Part shown: positions 22,183 through 33,013 of the stretch, piece after piece
How the letters are laid out: each line of letters begins with the position of its first letter
How positions within the stretch are numbered: the stretch's first letter is position 1
NCBI GenBank assembly: GCA_008690995.1
Contig: VRMN01000001.1
Coordinates: 620,001 to 684,000, forward strand
Reading direction: 5' to 3'
Length of the DNA stretch: 64,000 nt
From: Porphyridium purpureum
Taxonomy: Eukaryota
Made by a program: the position numbers and the translations under genes
The notes under the pieces: generated by a model
Told to the model about the DNA's origin: nothing
The model's input: the letters and a program-made list of their open reading frames with translations, nothing else
The model's database searches: none

Positions 22183-24582
22183 ATGACAAGTGCGACTGCA
22201 TACGCTTACAAGCCGCCATTTGAGTCGGTGACTTCCAGTGCATCGACGTCGTCGAGGGGAGGGTCTGATGAAATGGTCGCGACCAACGGGATGCCCAGTG
22301 CGCGCAGTTCGACGGCGGCAGCCGCGAACGCCCCTGGGGCAACAGGCATTTTGATGCATGCGCGTCGCTCGCCAGACCGGAGGATGTGGCTTCAGCGGTT
22401 GATGAGCAATGTCCTGCACGCGTGTCGCATGCCCTCACGCTTGCTGGGCTCCATTCGCCTCATCTTGTTTCTTGTGCTGCTTGGTGTCATTCCGGCATCG
22501 CTCATTTTCGTGATCGACATTTCCGTGCATTCGCTGCAGGATTTGCGCGAGGAGATCTCTATCGTTAGAACGGGAGGTGGTCTCATAGGCGGCGTGGTGT
22601 ATCTCATCACAGGCGTCGGACTTTGTCTGTTGTCGACCATGTACTGTTACCTCTGGTCCGTGGAAGCGGAAGGATCGGGGATCCCTCAGATGAAATGCAT
22701 CATGTCCGGCTTTTATGATAAGCTCAAGGCGTCGCTGAGTATCTGGACGCTCGCCGCAAAGAGCTTGGGCCTGTTGTGTGCGATCGGCGGCGGACTGCCG
22801 GTAGGCTGGGAAGGCCCCAACGTGCACATCAGCTGTATTATTGCACACCACCTGGCGCGAATACCTTACTTCCGGCTCTTGCGCAAGGATAAGTCGCTTA
22901 GGCTCCAGCTCATGGTCTGCGCATGCTCCGTTGGACTGGCGTCGTCTTTCGGAACACCCATAGGTGGTGTCATGTATGCACTTGAAACAACAGGGACCTT
23001 TTATTTGGTGCCCACCTACTGGAAGAGCTACTTGGCTACTCTTACAGGCGCCTTTCTGTATGATTTGCTGTACAAGACGCCGCTGGTCGAGGCTTTTGAG
23101 AACACCAAGTTTGGGACACAGGCATACTCGGTTTCACAGCTTTTAGCCTTCGTTGTGCTGGGAATATTGATGGGAGGCGCTGGTGCCTTTTTTGTGAAAT
23201 GTGTGCATTCGATGTACTTGTTCCGGCGGCGGCGGCTTGCAGCTACAAATCGCTTTGTGCTGGTCGGGATCGTGGCTGCCGTTGCCGCAATCATTCAGTA
23301 CCCTGTGCGTCTGTTCCGCCTGGATCCGAGATACGCGATCAACGAAATGTTCTCAGCGGACGAACTGACGATGTTATCGTGGAAGGATGTGGTTATGCTT
23401 TTGCTGGTCAAATTTCCACTCGTAGCGGTCTCGATCGGCCTCCCGATCCCGGCGGGGCTTTTCATCCCTTGCTTTCTGATTGGCTCGTGTTTTGGAAGGC
23501 TGTACGGCGAAATTCTGGGCGTTCTTTTTGGACACTCGATCCTGCCAGGTAGCTACGCGGTAGTTGGCGCAGCCGCTTTCACTGCCGGAGTCACGCGCGC
23601 ACTGTCATGCGCAGTGATCATTTTCGAAGTGACTGGTGAACTCTCTCACATGGTCCCAACCTTGTTCGCCGTGCTGCTGGCTGTCATTGTCGGAAATTAC
23701 TTTAATTTGGCAATCTATGACACGCTGGTCGCCATGAAAAATTTACCGTACATGCCGCAGATGCGCGCAGACTGCCATCCGAACATGCGTGCACGGGATG
23801 TGATGGAAAAGGATGTGGTTGCGTTGCCAGAAAGGTGTTCTTTGGCAGAGCTCTTCGAGGTTATGGAGCAGCACCGTGCGTTTGAGTCTTTCCCCGTCGT
23901 CAATGAAGCCGGCATATACCTGGGTGTCGTGAAGAGCACCGAGCTTGAGGCCATCCTGGACAATTACTCTATACCGCAGAATGGCAGCAGCAAAGGGATT
24001 GGCCAAGGTCGGCAAGTAGACGGGAGAGAAGAGCATGGGCTGACGGAAGCAAGTCCTACGGCGACCGAAAGCGACGCTGGGACTCCGGCAAATGCCGATC
24101 AGCCATCGCCCTATCCTTGGGGTCAGGGTCCAAGCCGCTTGGTACGATCGTTGATCGTGAAACCGAGTATAAATCAGGGACATCATGACAGCGATGACGA
24201 CGATGAAGACGACGATGACGAGCAAGCTCGCGACGAACGAGACCAGGCTCGGCAGCTTGGCCAAGTTCAGTACTTTGCTTCGCCAGATGCGGAGGAAGTT
24301 CAGCTGATCGAGAGTGTCGGGCAAGGCAATGGTGGCTCCCGGCACGGTCGCACCGAGTCCTGGGCATCTGACTCGGTCATGCTTGAGGAATCTTTGGGCA
24401 GTGACCAGCTTATCGCGCTTAAGCCAGAATCAAGCATCCACACGGTCGGGTCCAGTGCGTACCTGAGTCGCGTCCATATGATGTTTGTGATGCTCATGCC
24501 GACTCACATTTTCGTCACTGAACGCGGTGTGCTTGTCGGCATTATCCGAAGGATGAGCATCGTCGGGGGTGGCACACCCTGA
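22183..24582 (+). CDS. CLC: CLC Cl-/H+ transporter with CBS domains (CmCLC-like)
   Basis: GSGIP, GWEGP, GLFIP and central Tyr (AIYD); C-terminal CBS pair with an acidic insert. Confidence 0.95.
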   Translation: MTSATAYAYKPPFESVTSSASTSSRGGSDEMVATNGMPSARSSTAAAANAPGATGILMHARRSPDRRMWLQRLMSNVLHACRMPSRLLGSIRLILFLVLLGVIPASLIFVIDISVHSLQDLREEISIVRTGGGLIGGVVYLITGVGLCLLSTMYCYLWSVEAEGSGIPQMKCIMSGFYDKLKASLSIWTLAAKSLGLLCAIGGGLPVGWEGPNVHISCIIAHHLARIPYFRLLRKDKSLRLQLMVCACSVGLASSFGTPIGGVMYALETTGTFYLVPTYWKSYLATLTGAFLYDLLYKTPLVEAFENTKFGTQAYSVSQLLAFVVLGILMGGAGAFFVKCVHSMYLFRRRRLAATNRFVLVGIVAAVAAIIQYPVRLFRLDPRYAINEMFSADELTMLSWKDVVMLLLVKFPLVAVSIGLPIPAGLFIPCFLIGSCFGRLYGEILGVLFGHSILPGSYAVVGAAAFTAGVTRALSCAVIIFEVTGELSHMVPTLFAVLLAVIVGNYFNLAIYDTLVAMKNLPYMPQMRADCHPNMRARDVMEKDVVALPERCSLAELFEVMEQHRAFESFPVVNEAGIYLGVVKSTELEAILDNYSIPQNGSSKGIGQGRQVDGREEHGLTEASPTATESDAGTPANADQPSPYPWGQGPSRLVRSLIVKPSINQGHHDSDDDDEDDDDEQARDERDQARQLGQVQYFASPDAEEVQLIESVGQGNGGSRHGRTESWASDSVMLEESLGSDQLIALKPESSIHTVGSSAYLSRVHMMFVMLMPTHIFVTERGVLVGIIRRMSIVGGGTP

Positions 24583-24602
24583 GTCCTTCTGGGGCGCCAG
24601 GG

Positions 24603-25895
24603 TTATTCCCGATTCTTTTGGACTACGCACTCGCGAACGATCTCTGGATAACAGCGCTGCAGTGCCTTGCAGACCTGCGCGCACACACTGAACACATGAG
24701 GACGGCTTCGATTCACCATGCTCATGCCGGGCCCTGAATCTGCATTCTTTGTTATTCTTTCTGAATTTAGTCCACGCCAGATCAGGCTAACCAGCACGAC
24801 GACGTACGCAATTAGAGACACATCGCTCGCGCGCATGAATGACGTACGAGCCGATTCAGAGAGAACGATTTTCCTTTCAAGCAAAGCTTCAGAGTAAAAA
24901 CTCAGGTACGCAGTGCGAAACTCGTCCCACCTAGACATGAGGGAGCAATCTAAACCTGTAGCAAGCACATACTCAACGTCCTGCGAACAACTTCCCTGTC
25001 CTGACCATTGAAAATCAATCCACGTACACGCTGATTCTGACGGGTTCAAAAACATGTTCCATGTCTTGGCATCGCCGTGGATGAACGTGGAAAATGGGCC
25101 GTCCAGCTGCGCTTGCTGTTCCGCATCAACGTGCATGGCTACACGCAGAAGCGCCTCTCCGAGCCAGTAGAATTCATAGAGTTCAGGGAAGTTCTCTACC
25201 ATCTCACGCCAAGACGTATCGACACCTTTCCATTCATCTTGCGGACGTTTCTCGAGCACGGGGCTCCAGAACGAGCCTCGCCGCGGCCACGTGCTTGTCA
25301 GTTGTGATTTGTGCATGGAGGCGTGAAACTGCGCAAGCGATTTCAACACACAAAGCGCCGTCGTCTCGCCAAGCATCTGGACCTGGTGCCAAGTGTCGCC
25401 TAAATCCTCCAAATACAAGACAAACGCCGGATAGATTGCCTGCGCGTCGGCCGAATCGGGTCCTACCTGCGCCGCATACCAGCAGCGTGGCGTGAGAGCG
25501 AGCCGAGAATCAAGCTGCGGCAGAATGAGAGCATAAAAGCTTGCCTCATTTTTATACGACAATATGTCTGCCTGCATCTTGGCGTCTGTGCGCGGCGAAC
25601 GACTGTTCAGCTCGTTTGCGTCGCAGCGTTTGAGCACGAGCGCGTTTCGGCCATTGAGCGCGTAGATACACAACTCGCATTCGACGAGGAGACGCGCAAC
25701 TGATGCGTGGCGGGTTTCAAGCATCAACCCGTCATCCACACACACCTTTGCCCCGCCGTTTCCGCCGGCCGTCGTGTCGGGGTGCAGCTTTTCGCACAGA
25801 CAACGAGTTTCAAGCTCTTTAAGCGCTGGAAGCTCGGAGAGCAGATACCGCCGATGCGCGTTGCTTGGCGATACCCACCCCTCGCGTACGGCCAT
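24603..25895 (-). CDS. Choline/ecdysteroid kinase-like (EcKL/APH) phosphotransferase
   Basis: NEASFY, LEDL, LAQFHA, HGDAKTWNMF, IDFQW. Confidence 0.85.
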   Translation of the reverse strand: MAVREGWVSPSNAHRRYLLSELPALKELETRCLCEKLHPDTTAGGNGGAKVCVDDGLMLETRHASVARLLVECELCIYALNGRNALVLKRCDANELNSRSPRTDAKMQADILSYKNEASFYALILPQLDSRLALTPRCWYAAQVGPDSADAQAIYPAFVLYLEDLGDTWHQVQMLGETTALCVLKSLAQFHASMHKSQLTSTWPRRGSFWSPVLEKRPQDEWKGVDTSWREMVENFPELYEFYWLGEALLRVAMHVDAEQQAQLDGPFSTFIHGDAKTWNMFLNPSESACTWIDFQWSGQGSCSQDVEYVLATGLDCSLMSRWDEFRTAYLSFYSEALLERKIVLSESARTSFMRASDVSLIAYVVVLVSLIWRGLNSERITKNADSGPGMSMVNRSRPHVFSVCAQVCKALQRCYPEIVRECVVQKNRE

Positions 25896-26054
25896 CTTGC
25901 GTGCAAAGAGCCACTTATGTATCACTCACTCAATCTCTCGCTTTTCTCGTTGTCTGTCTGTCTGTTTATGTTTCGATCAAAATTATAGGCAACGAAGAGA
26001 AAACCACTCTCATGTCGATCTCGCCGGTGCCTGACGACGGACGAGCGTCGCCCT

Positions 26055-27899
26055 CTAGTTACCCGAGAAAAGTGACTGCTTCTTGTACTGCTTCTGCAAC
26101 CGGTCAATTTCGCCCTGCGCATTGTTGATTTCCGGTGTGCTAAAGTTTCTGGCCTCACGCACCTTGTTCTGGCGAAGCTCTTCGATCCTGCGCTCCGACT
26201 CGCCAATTTTCTTGTGTGCGTTTGACAGTCGGGCTTCTAGGTTTTCGATCTGTGACTCCTTCTGTGCGACTGTGGCCTTGAGTTCTTCCAAATCCTTTGC
26301 CGCCTGTTGGTTGGCAAGCTCCAGCGACTGCTCGTACGCACTGAGCTTGCTCTTCCCGGTCGCTTTCGCGCCCTTCTTCTGCGCTGATACCGATTCTGCA
26401 CGGCTGGTCTTTGGGTCCCGACCCACCAACGTGTCGTCCGGTCGCCCCAAGGGCGACAATGCGGTGCTTGGGGATCCGAACTCTTCCATTAAGCCTGCGG
26501 TCAAACTGGTATTATCCTCTTCAATGCGTTGCATCTCATACTCCTCCTCTGCGCCTCGCTTCTTGAAAATGACATTGGCCAAGTTGCGTAAACGCACCGT
26601 CTTCATTGTGAGCGACTTGAGCTGGCTCGAATTCTGGCTGGCTTGCAATTCGCGAAGCTCGCCTAATACGCTTTCTTGCACCTCGTACAGCTCTCGAATC
26701 TTACTTTGCATCACACTCTGCTGCTCCGCGCTGAGTGTCTTGACTTCCACGAACTCAATCTTAAGATTTTCGAATTTCTCCTTGACCTCTTTAACCTCCA
26801 TGCCCGCATTGACGCTTCGGTGGTGCTCCTCAACAAGCTCTGCGCGCAGGTCCTTAACGGTCATCTCCAGACGTTTCTTCGTGCCTTCAGTCTGTGTGTA
26901 CAGCCTGCGATATTCGTGCGCGTTGCGCTGCTCCACTTCGTACTGCTTTGTCAGCTTTTCGTTCTCCAGTCGGAGCGCTTTCACTTCGACCAGTAGCTCC
27001 TCGTACTTCTTTACAAATAGATCATTCTGATTTGAAGATCGCACGTCCAGCGTGTCTTTTTCGTGCTCCAGCGCGCGAACACGCTCACGAGCGGTTTCCA
27101 AGCGCTCCAACGTTTCTTCCAGTTCCACCTTGCTCGTTTCCGTCACACTCAGCGCATTCTCCAGCTGCTCCTTCAGGACGTCGTTCTCTGTCATCACGTC
27201 GCGCCGAGCTTTCCGATATCGCATCAGGTCATGCTTCAGCCTCTTATTTTGTGCCTGAAAGTCAAGGATGATCTTGGCATCCACTTCCTCCTTTCGTTTG
27301 CGGATATACTCCGACTCTTTGACGGCATTCTTCACTTTGCGCAGCTCCTCCGTACGAACAGACAATCTCCGCTCCAACGCGCGCATTTCAGCCTCGTTCT
27401 CAAAGGGGCTGACTTTCTTCAGCTGCTTGATCAAGAGCCGCAGCTCATGCCGCACCACCTCCTTACCCACCTGGCCTCCAGACAACATCGCAGGCGACGA
27501 GCCGCCGCTCTCATCTTCTTGACTCGCCGATTCTCGCAGTCTTTCAAAGCCAACGAGCCGCCGCATCTCCTCGAACAGTTCCTCGAGTTCGCCTTGGAGG
27601 TCACGCGCAGAGTTAGAACGAGCCATGTTGCGCTCCGAGACGGCTCTTGTGCCTGACGTATCGTTCAATTGGCCTGCCGACATGGAGACGCTGTGTGAGT
27701 CGGTTGAGGTGACGCGAAACTTACCGCGGTCCTTTGGGTCGTCAGAGACCTCCAAGCTGCGCCCAAGTTCCTCCAGAAAGTTCATGGGCTTCCCAGAAGT
27801 TCCGCCATCTGTAAAGTGTGTTTTTTCCTCAGAGGACATTTGCCGCAGAAGGTGGTCCAGCGACTTTCGCTGCATCAACTCGACGTTCTGTTCCGACAT
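26055..27899 (-). CDS. Long coiled-coil protein of unknown function
   Basis: E/K/L/Q-rich heptads over more than 400 aa. ATG at 27899. Confidence 0.8.
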   Translation of the reverse strand: MSEQNVELMQRKSLDHLLRQMSSEEKTHFTDGGTSGKPMNFLEELGRSLEVSDDPKDRGKFRVTSTDSHSVSMSAGQLNDTSGTRAVSERNMARSNSARDLQGELEELFEEMRRLVGFERLRESASQEDESGGSSPAMLSGGQVGKEVVRHELRLLIKQLKKVSPFENEAEMRALERRLSVRTEELRKVKNAVKESEYIRKRKEEVDAKIILDFQAQNKRLKHDLMRYRKARRDVMTENDVLKEQLENALSVTETSKVELEETLERLETARERVRALEHEKDTLDVRSSNQNDLFVKKYEELLVEVKALRLENEKLTKQYEVEQRNAHEYRRLYTQTEGTKKRLEMTVKDLRAELVEEHHRSVNAGMEVKEVKEKFENLKIEFVEVKTLSAEQQSVMQSKIRELYEVQESVLGELRELQASQNSSQLKSLTMKTVRLRNLANVIFKKRGAEEEYEMQRIEEDNTSLTAGLMEEFGSPSTALSPLGRPDDTLVGRDPKTSRAESVSAQKKGAKATGKSKLSAYEQSLELANQQAAKDLEELKATVAQKESQIENLEARLSNAHKKIGESERRIEELRQNKVREARNFSTPEINNAQGEIDRLQKQYKKQSLFSGN

Positions 27900-28578
27900 T
27901 GTCAGAGACGTCGTCGCGTTGCGCACCGTTTGCACTTGTTCGCACCGACGCCGTACTCGCACCAACTGTCAGGCAAGTATAGATGCCCAGGCACGCCGAC
28001 ACAAGGTCGCGCACTCGGCGGCTGTGATCTGCCGGTGCGCAACGGCTGCGCGTGTCCCGCTCTGCGCCCACCGACACGCACGTCCACGCCGTCCCCAATC
28101 TCCAACCTGCCCAACGGCGCAACCACCCATACACGATCCACGCCACACACACCTCCGCAGCGTTCTGCCCTGCTGCAGCCTTGCCCCTCCCCCTGCTTCC
28201 CTGCGTGCACCGCGCAGCGACCCGCCTGTTCTGCAACGCTGTGTTCTCCGTCCCACAACCTCCCCCTGCTCCCTGCTCCCTGCTCTCTCCTCTGTCCCAC
28301 CACACGCACCACACACACCCGTCACACCCGCCGCACACGTTCTGCACCACGCCGCCTCTCCACCCTCCCTCCCATCAACCACGCACCAGCATCACACACC
28401 CCACCCACACACCCTTACCTCTCTCTCTCTCCCTCACTCCCACTCAAACCATCCACCACTCTTTACTCTCACACACACCACTTTCATTTCCACCCGCACT
28501 CGCCCCTCTCGTTTCCCTCGTCTCTCCGCTTGTGCTTCTTGTCCCCACTCCATCATCACCATGATCACCAGCACTATA

Positions 28579-28610
28579 CTACTACTACTACTACTAGTAT
28601 GTAGTAGTAA
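28579..28610. repeat. (CTA)n microsatellite followed by inverted (GTA)n, inside a CA-rich low-complexity intergenic region
   Basis: ctactactactactactagtatgtagtagtaa. Confidence 0.7.
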
Positions 28611-29326
28611 TACGACTCCAAGTCCCAATTGTGTACTAGACGCTTTCCGCCACACCGCTTGTGCTGAGTGTGTAAATTACACAAACCCACCAACCCTCAT
28701 CAGTATACTAGCCCATACATGAATAACGCCACACAAACAACACATAGCAACCAGCGACAACACGTTCAGCGTCTCGCATCACGGCACGAACACGCGCGCA
28801 CAAACATGAGCGCACGCACGAGCAACACGCAAAACGCCCATCGCTCCATCGCTTCGTTTGTCTGTCGGTCTGGTTCATATCAAAAATAGTGCGCTGTGTG
28901 AGCAGCGTGTCTCGCTGTACTTGCGGTACACTTGGGACTGGCGCATCGGTGGAAATTCTGCCACTGTACCGAAACGGTACGCGAAGTGTACATCTGCTGT
29001 ACCTCGCTCTGCGCGTGCGCGCGAAAACGCAGAGAAACCGGAAAGTTGGCGCGAGATGGAAGAAGCGGAAGGGGGAGAGGGTGTGGGTGATGGAGGGGTG
29101 GGCGTCGGTGGGAGATGGATGGTGAGTGAGGATCATGTGTGTGCGCGGTGGTGTTGGGTGGGTAGGAAGTGGCGCCGCGCAGGAGCGACTTGGGCTGAGT
29201 AGCGTGGTGTGGGTGGGCCGGTGTGGACGGTTGCTGGTGTGTGCGCGTCGTCGCGCGCAGTCGCCGCCGAGCTGGCCGACTGGTGCAGGTGGGGTGCGGG
29301 GGAGTGCGCAAAGGAGAGGGTTGGGC

Positions 29327-30184
29327 ATGGCGTCGCAAAAGAGAATCACGGCGTTCTTCAAGCGCAAGCTTCCGGACGACGACGAGCCCGCCGCCGGTAA
29401 GGGCGCGCCGGTCTCTCAGGACAACGCCAGGGTCGTCAAGCGCGCCATGAAGAGCGCGGCGCGTCTCGAATCGTCAGACAAGCTGCCCGATCACGCGCTG
29501 GTGCGGCTCGTGCCCGAAACATGGGCCCCAGTGCTGGCTCCGCATATGTGCTCGCCGAGCTTTGTTGCGCTGTTGGCGTTTTTGGATCGAGAGTCGGCGC
29601 AGGGCAAAACCATCTACCCTCCCGCGCCTCTGGTGTTTTCTGCCTTGAGCGTCGTGCCGCTCTCAAATTGCAAGGTCGTTATTCTAGGCCAGGACCCGTA
29701 CCACCAGCCCCGCCAGGCGCACGGAATGAGCTTCAGCGTCCCGCCGGGCGTGCCACCGCCACCGTCACTCATGAATATTACAAAGGAGCTGCATGATGAC
29801 ATGGGATATGCAGAGCATGAGCGCGCTCGACATGGCTCGCTGGTGAAATGGGCCAGCCAGGGCGTGCTCTTGCTGAACGCCGTCTTGACTGTCGAGGCCA
29901 GTAAGCCGAACAGCCACACCGGAAAAGGCTGGGAGGAGTTTACCGATGCAATCATAGACGCCGTGAACGTGCATTCTGATCATGTGGTCTTTTTGCTCTG
30001 GGGTGCGTACGCAAAGAAGAAGGGTTCTCGCATTGACCGCTCAAAGCACACGGTACTTGAATCGGCGCATCCGTCGCCGCTCAGCGCGAACCGCGGCGGT
30101 TGGTTTGGATGCAAACACTTCAGCAAGACCAACGACGCTCTTCGTGCGCATGGCATGCAGGAGATTAATTGGCGGCTCACATAG
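29327..30184 (+). CDS. UNG: Uracil-DNA glycosylase, family 1
   Basis: GQDPYH, GVLLLNAVLTV, HPSPLS; N-terminal PIP box QKRITAFF. Confidence 0.97.
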   Translation: MASQKRITAFFKRKLPDDDEPAAGKGAPVSQDNARVVKRAMKSAARLESSDKLPDHALVRLVPETWAPVLAPHMCSPSFVALLAFLDRESAQGKTIYPPAPLVFSALSVVPLSNCKVVILGQDPYHQPRQAHGMSFSVPPGVPPPPSLMNITKELHDDMGYAEHERARHGSLVKWASQGVLLLNAVLTVEASKPNSHTGKGWEEFTDAIIDAVNVHSDHVVFLLWGAYAKKKGSRIDRSKHTVLESAHPSPLSANRGGWFGCKHFSKTNDALRAHGMQEINWRLT

Positions 30185-30517
30185 AGCCGCGAAAAGTACT
30201 TGATTTTCCCTGTTTGTAGGTTCTGATTCGGTCGGCCTCGTCTGCCAGCCAAGCCAAAGGCCGCGGCCACCATTGCGGGCTGCGGGCTGCGAATCTAGAG
30301 ATGTCATCGAGAGGCCAGGCCGGCCCGCAATCGTCCCTACATACGTTTACCCTAAATTTTATGAAGTACAAACTTTTTCGAGTGGAATATTGGAGTTGCC
30401 GCGAACCGGTCGAATCGACGGGCGACCGCGGCAGGCTACCACCGTGGATCACCGTCTGCCTACCCCCTGCTTGCTCGCACACTTGGCGTCGCGTGCGTAT
30501 GCGAATGCGCGAGCGCC

Positions 30518-31370
30518 ATGTTCGCTTTGGTGATTCCTGGACGCCCAGTGATTGCCCAGTTCGCGCAAGTATGTACGCGTCGCTCTCTCGTTTATCCTTT
30601 TCGTTGCTGGGATTATACAAGCCCTGACGCGTGCGCACGTCGCTGAGCCGTCACTAATCGAACTGCGCTCATTCTCTTGTTGTTCTGGGGCTCCTCTGCA
30701 TTATTGCATTCGTCTCGCTCGTGATGGTGTCTGCGACATACCGGTCTAGATAAGCCCAGATCGCCTGCTAGCAGAGGTGGCGGACGCAGATCGCATACAT
30801 GAAGTGTGTTTCTGTCTGCTGCCTGGAAATGTCCTGCCGGAGGGCATGATGAGCTCACTGTATATTAGGTACGTTGTGGCTTTCAAGAACGTTGAAACTT
30901 ATGGGCAGGTGGTGAACCATTCGGCTCGTTGGGCTGTATCTAACAAAGACGTGCTTCCGACTCGTTGATTGAATTGTCATGAACTTGCCGCATCACATTC
31001 GAGCAGTCTGCCGCCATACTCTGACTGGATGCGCATCGGAAGTATTAGTAACTATTCGCCGAGCCTCATGGCGATGGTAAAGTGGAAAACGTTGCCTGGG
31101 GTGGGCAGCCCCGCACAATTTGGAATAAGCGCGGAAACCGCGAACAGCACCTGGATGGGCCCAGTAAGTGCCACGAGCGACTCTATGTTTTCATTGGAGG
31201 AACGGCGCGAGTTTTCGAAAGCGATCGCCACCGACCTCCTGCGCTACCTGAGCTCCTTTGGGCATGTGGGCGACCAGGGTGTCCAGATGCTTGACACATG
31301 GTTCACAAAGTTCTCGCGCAAGATGGACATGGACCCAGACTACTGGAAGCGCGTGCTTTTGAAGGATTAG
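30518..31370 (+). CDS. HIKESHI: Hikeshi/OPI10 (DUF775) homolog, 3 exons: 30518-30568, 30750-30868, 31007-31370 (177 aa)
   Basis: Introns are GTATGT...TAG and GTACGT...CAG with CTAAT/CTAAC branch-like sites. The spliced ORF reads MFALVIPGRPV...W.RIGSISNYSPS...GISAE...DLLRYLSSF...WFTKFSRKMDMDPDYW. Confidence 0.88.
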
Positions 31371-31450
31371 TGCAGCCACGGTACGATATATTGTACAGAC
31401 TGGAACACAAGGCCAGTTCTCTCTGAACACCGTTTCTGCGATCGAAATAA

Positions 31451-31474
31451 TGTGGTGCGTAAATACACCGTTTT
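31451..31474 (-). other. Putative histone 3' stem-loop element of H2A
   Basis: AAAACGGTGTATTTACGCACCACA, identical to the element downstream of H2B. Confidence 0.7.
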
Positions 31475-31628
31475 TCGTTCCTCCGAAGCGGCCATGCCGC
31501 GTCCGAATCGTCTTCTCTTTGTGGTTTTTCATTTTTAAGATATTTCTTCGTCCGCCTTGTCTTCCTTGTCGTGCGTCCCTCATTCAATTACCGAGACAAC
31601 AGGAGACCATCGTTTTGGGTCAGGCGAC

Positions 31629-32009
31629 TTACAACTCCTGCGACGCGTCCTTGCCCTTCTTCTTTGGCATGAGGACGGCGTGAATGTTCGGCAGCACACC
31701 ACCGGCGGCGATGGTCACACCAGACAGAAGCTTGTTGAGCTCCTCATCATTGCGCACCGCCAGCTGCACATGGCGCGGAATAATGCGAGTCTTCTTGTTA
31801 TCACGCGCGGCGTTGCCCGCCAACTCCAGCACCTCAGCCGTCAAGTACTCCATCACGGCCGCCATGTACACTGGCGCGCCTGCTCCAACGCGGTCTGCGT
31901 ACCCACCCTTCTTCAGATGACGATGGATCCTGCCCACTGGGAACTGCAACCCGGCCTTCTTGGTTCGGCTCATTGCCGCCTTGCGCTCTTTTGCATCCTT
32001 TGGCGCCAT
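31629..32009 (-). CDS. H2A: Histone H2A with C-terminal SQEL (H2A.X-type)
   Basis: [36 protein letters not shown] terminus. Confidence 0.98.
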   Translation of the reverse strand: MAPKDAKERKAAMSRTKKAGLQFPVGRIHRHLKKGGYADRVGAGAPVYMAAVMEYLTAEVLELAGNAARDNKKTRIIPRHVQLAVRNDEELNKLLSGVTIAAGGVLPNIHAVLMPKKKGKDASQEL

Positions 32010-32465
32010 CTTGATGTCTGATTATTCCTTTCCAATAACCACGTCCTCACTGATACCCCCAAAATGTTCTGCTTCTTCGCCTGCACCAAGCACTTGTTAC
32101 CTTCTTCCGCCCCTGCCCCAACCGAGTCGCTTCGTTTTTATACCCCAACCGCGTCGCACCCAGTTTCGCGCGGCGTCTTCTGATTGGATAAAAATCACTC
32201 TCCAAAAATGAACGTGTTTGTATACACAAAACGACACTTACTAATAAAATGCGTTCATTTTATGATTTTGTGCGCATGAAGTACAGTTGAAAACCGACGC
32301 GCAACGCGCGGGTATAAAACTGGCGCGAGTGCTGCGGCTGGGAGTGTGGGAGAGACGGCTGGGAGTGTGGGAGAGAAGGCGGGGATCACGGAGACCAAGG
32401 AAGAGCAGAGAAGAATAGGAGAAGAAGGAGAGAAGGCCGGTAAGTGAAGCGTTTGGACAATTAGG
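32010..32465. promoter_or_regulatory. Bidirectional H2A/H2B promoter
   Basis: Opposed GGGTATAAAA boxes near 32135-32144 (-) and 32310-32319 (+), ATTGG near 32183, GTACAGT at 32281, and a 21-bp tandem duplication at 32335-32376. Confidence 0.7.
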
Positions 32466-32840
32466 ATGGCGCCAAAGGGAACTAAGAGCCTGCCGGTGGC
32501 TGAAAAAAAGCCAAAGCAGGTGATCAAGAAGGATGATGACAAGAAGAGCAAGAAGAAGAAGCGCACCGAGTCGTACAGCATCTACATCTACAAGGTGCTC
32601 AAGCAGGTGCACCCCGACACCGGGATTTCGTCCAACGCCATGTCCATCATGAACTCGTTCGTGACGGATTTGTTCGAGCGTATTGCGGCCGAAGCAGCCA
32701 AGTTGTCGTCGTATTCCAAGACGAAGACCCTCACGTCGCGCGAAATTCAGACTGCCGTCAGGCTGTTGCTTCCGGGTGAGCTGGCGAAGCACGCCGTCTC
32801 GGAGGGAACCAAGGCCGTGACCAAGTACTCGAGCTCCTAA
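32466..32840 (+). CDS. H2B: Histone H2B
   Basis: [51 protein letters not shown]. Confidence 0.98.
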   Translation: MAPKGTKSLPVAEKKPKQVIKKDDDKKSKKKKRTESYSIYIYKVLKQVHPDTGISSNAMSIMNSFVTDLFERIAAEAAKLSSYSKTKTLTSREIQTAVRLLLPGELAKHAVSEGTKAVTKYSSS

Positions 32841-32989
32841 GCCATTCGCCGGTGACATTCCACAAGTGCAAGGTGCGAGTGAACAAGGTACCGAAGAGGC
32901 GAATGTGGAGAACGGAACCAAAACAAAAATTCGAAAAGACCATAAAAGAGAAGTCGGAGACGAAACACATTTGCTGTTTCGAATACAAC

Positions 32990-33013
32990 AAAACGGTGTA
33001 TTTACGCACCACA
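32990..33013 (+). other. Putative histone 3' stem-loop element of H2B
   Basis: AAAACGGTGTATTTACGCACCACA, about 150 nt after the stop codon. Confidence 0.7.

Noticed and set aside
2954..24582. Apparent ion-transport cluster (MgtC x2, SLAC1, MATE, CLC)
   Set aside because: Interspersed with unrelated housekeeping genes; no evidence of functional clustering.
26083..27030. Long antisense ORFs (also 36069-37082, 50427-51377, 54960-55982, 58982-59959)
   Set aside because: Shadows of real opposite-strand genes in GC-rich, codon-biased DNA; no motifs.
27625..29367. His/Thr/Pro-rich ORFs
   Set aside because: Produced by CA-rich low-complexity promoter/UTR sequence.
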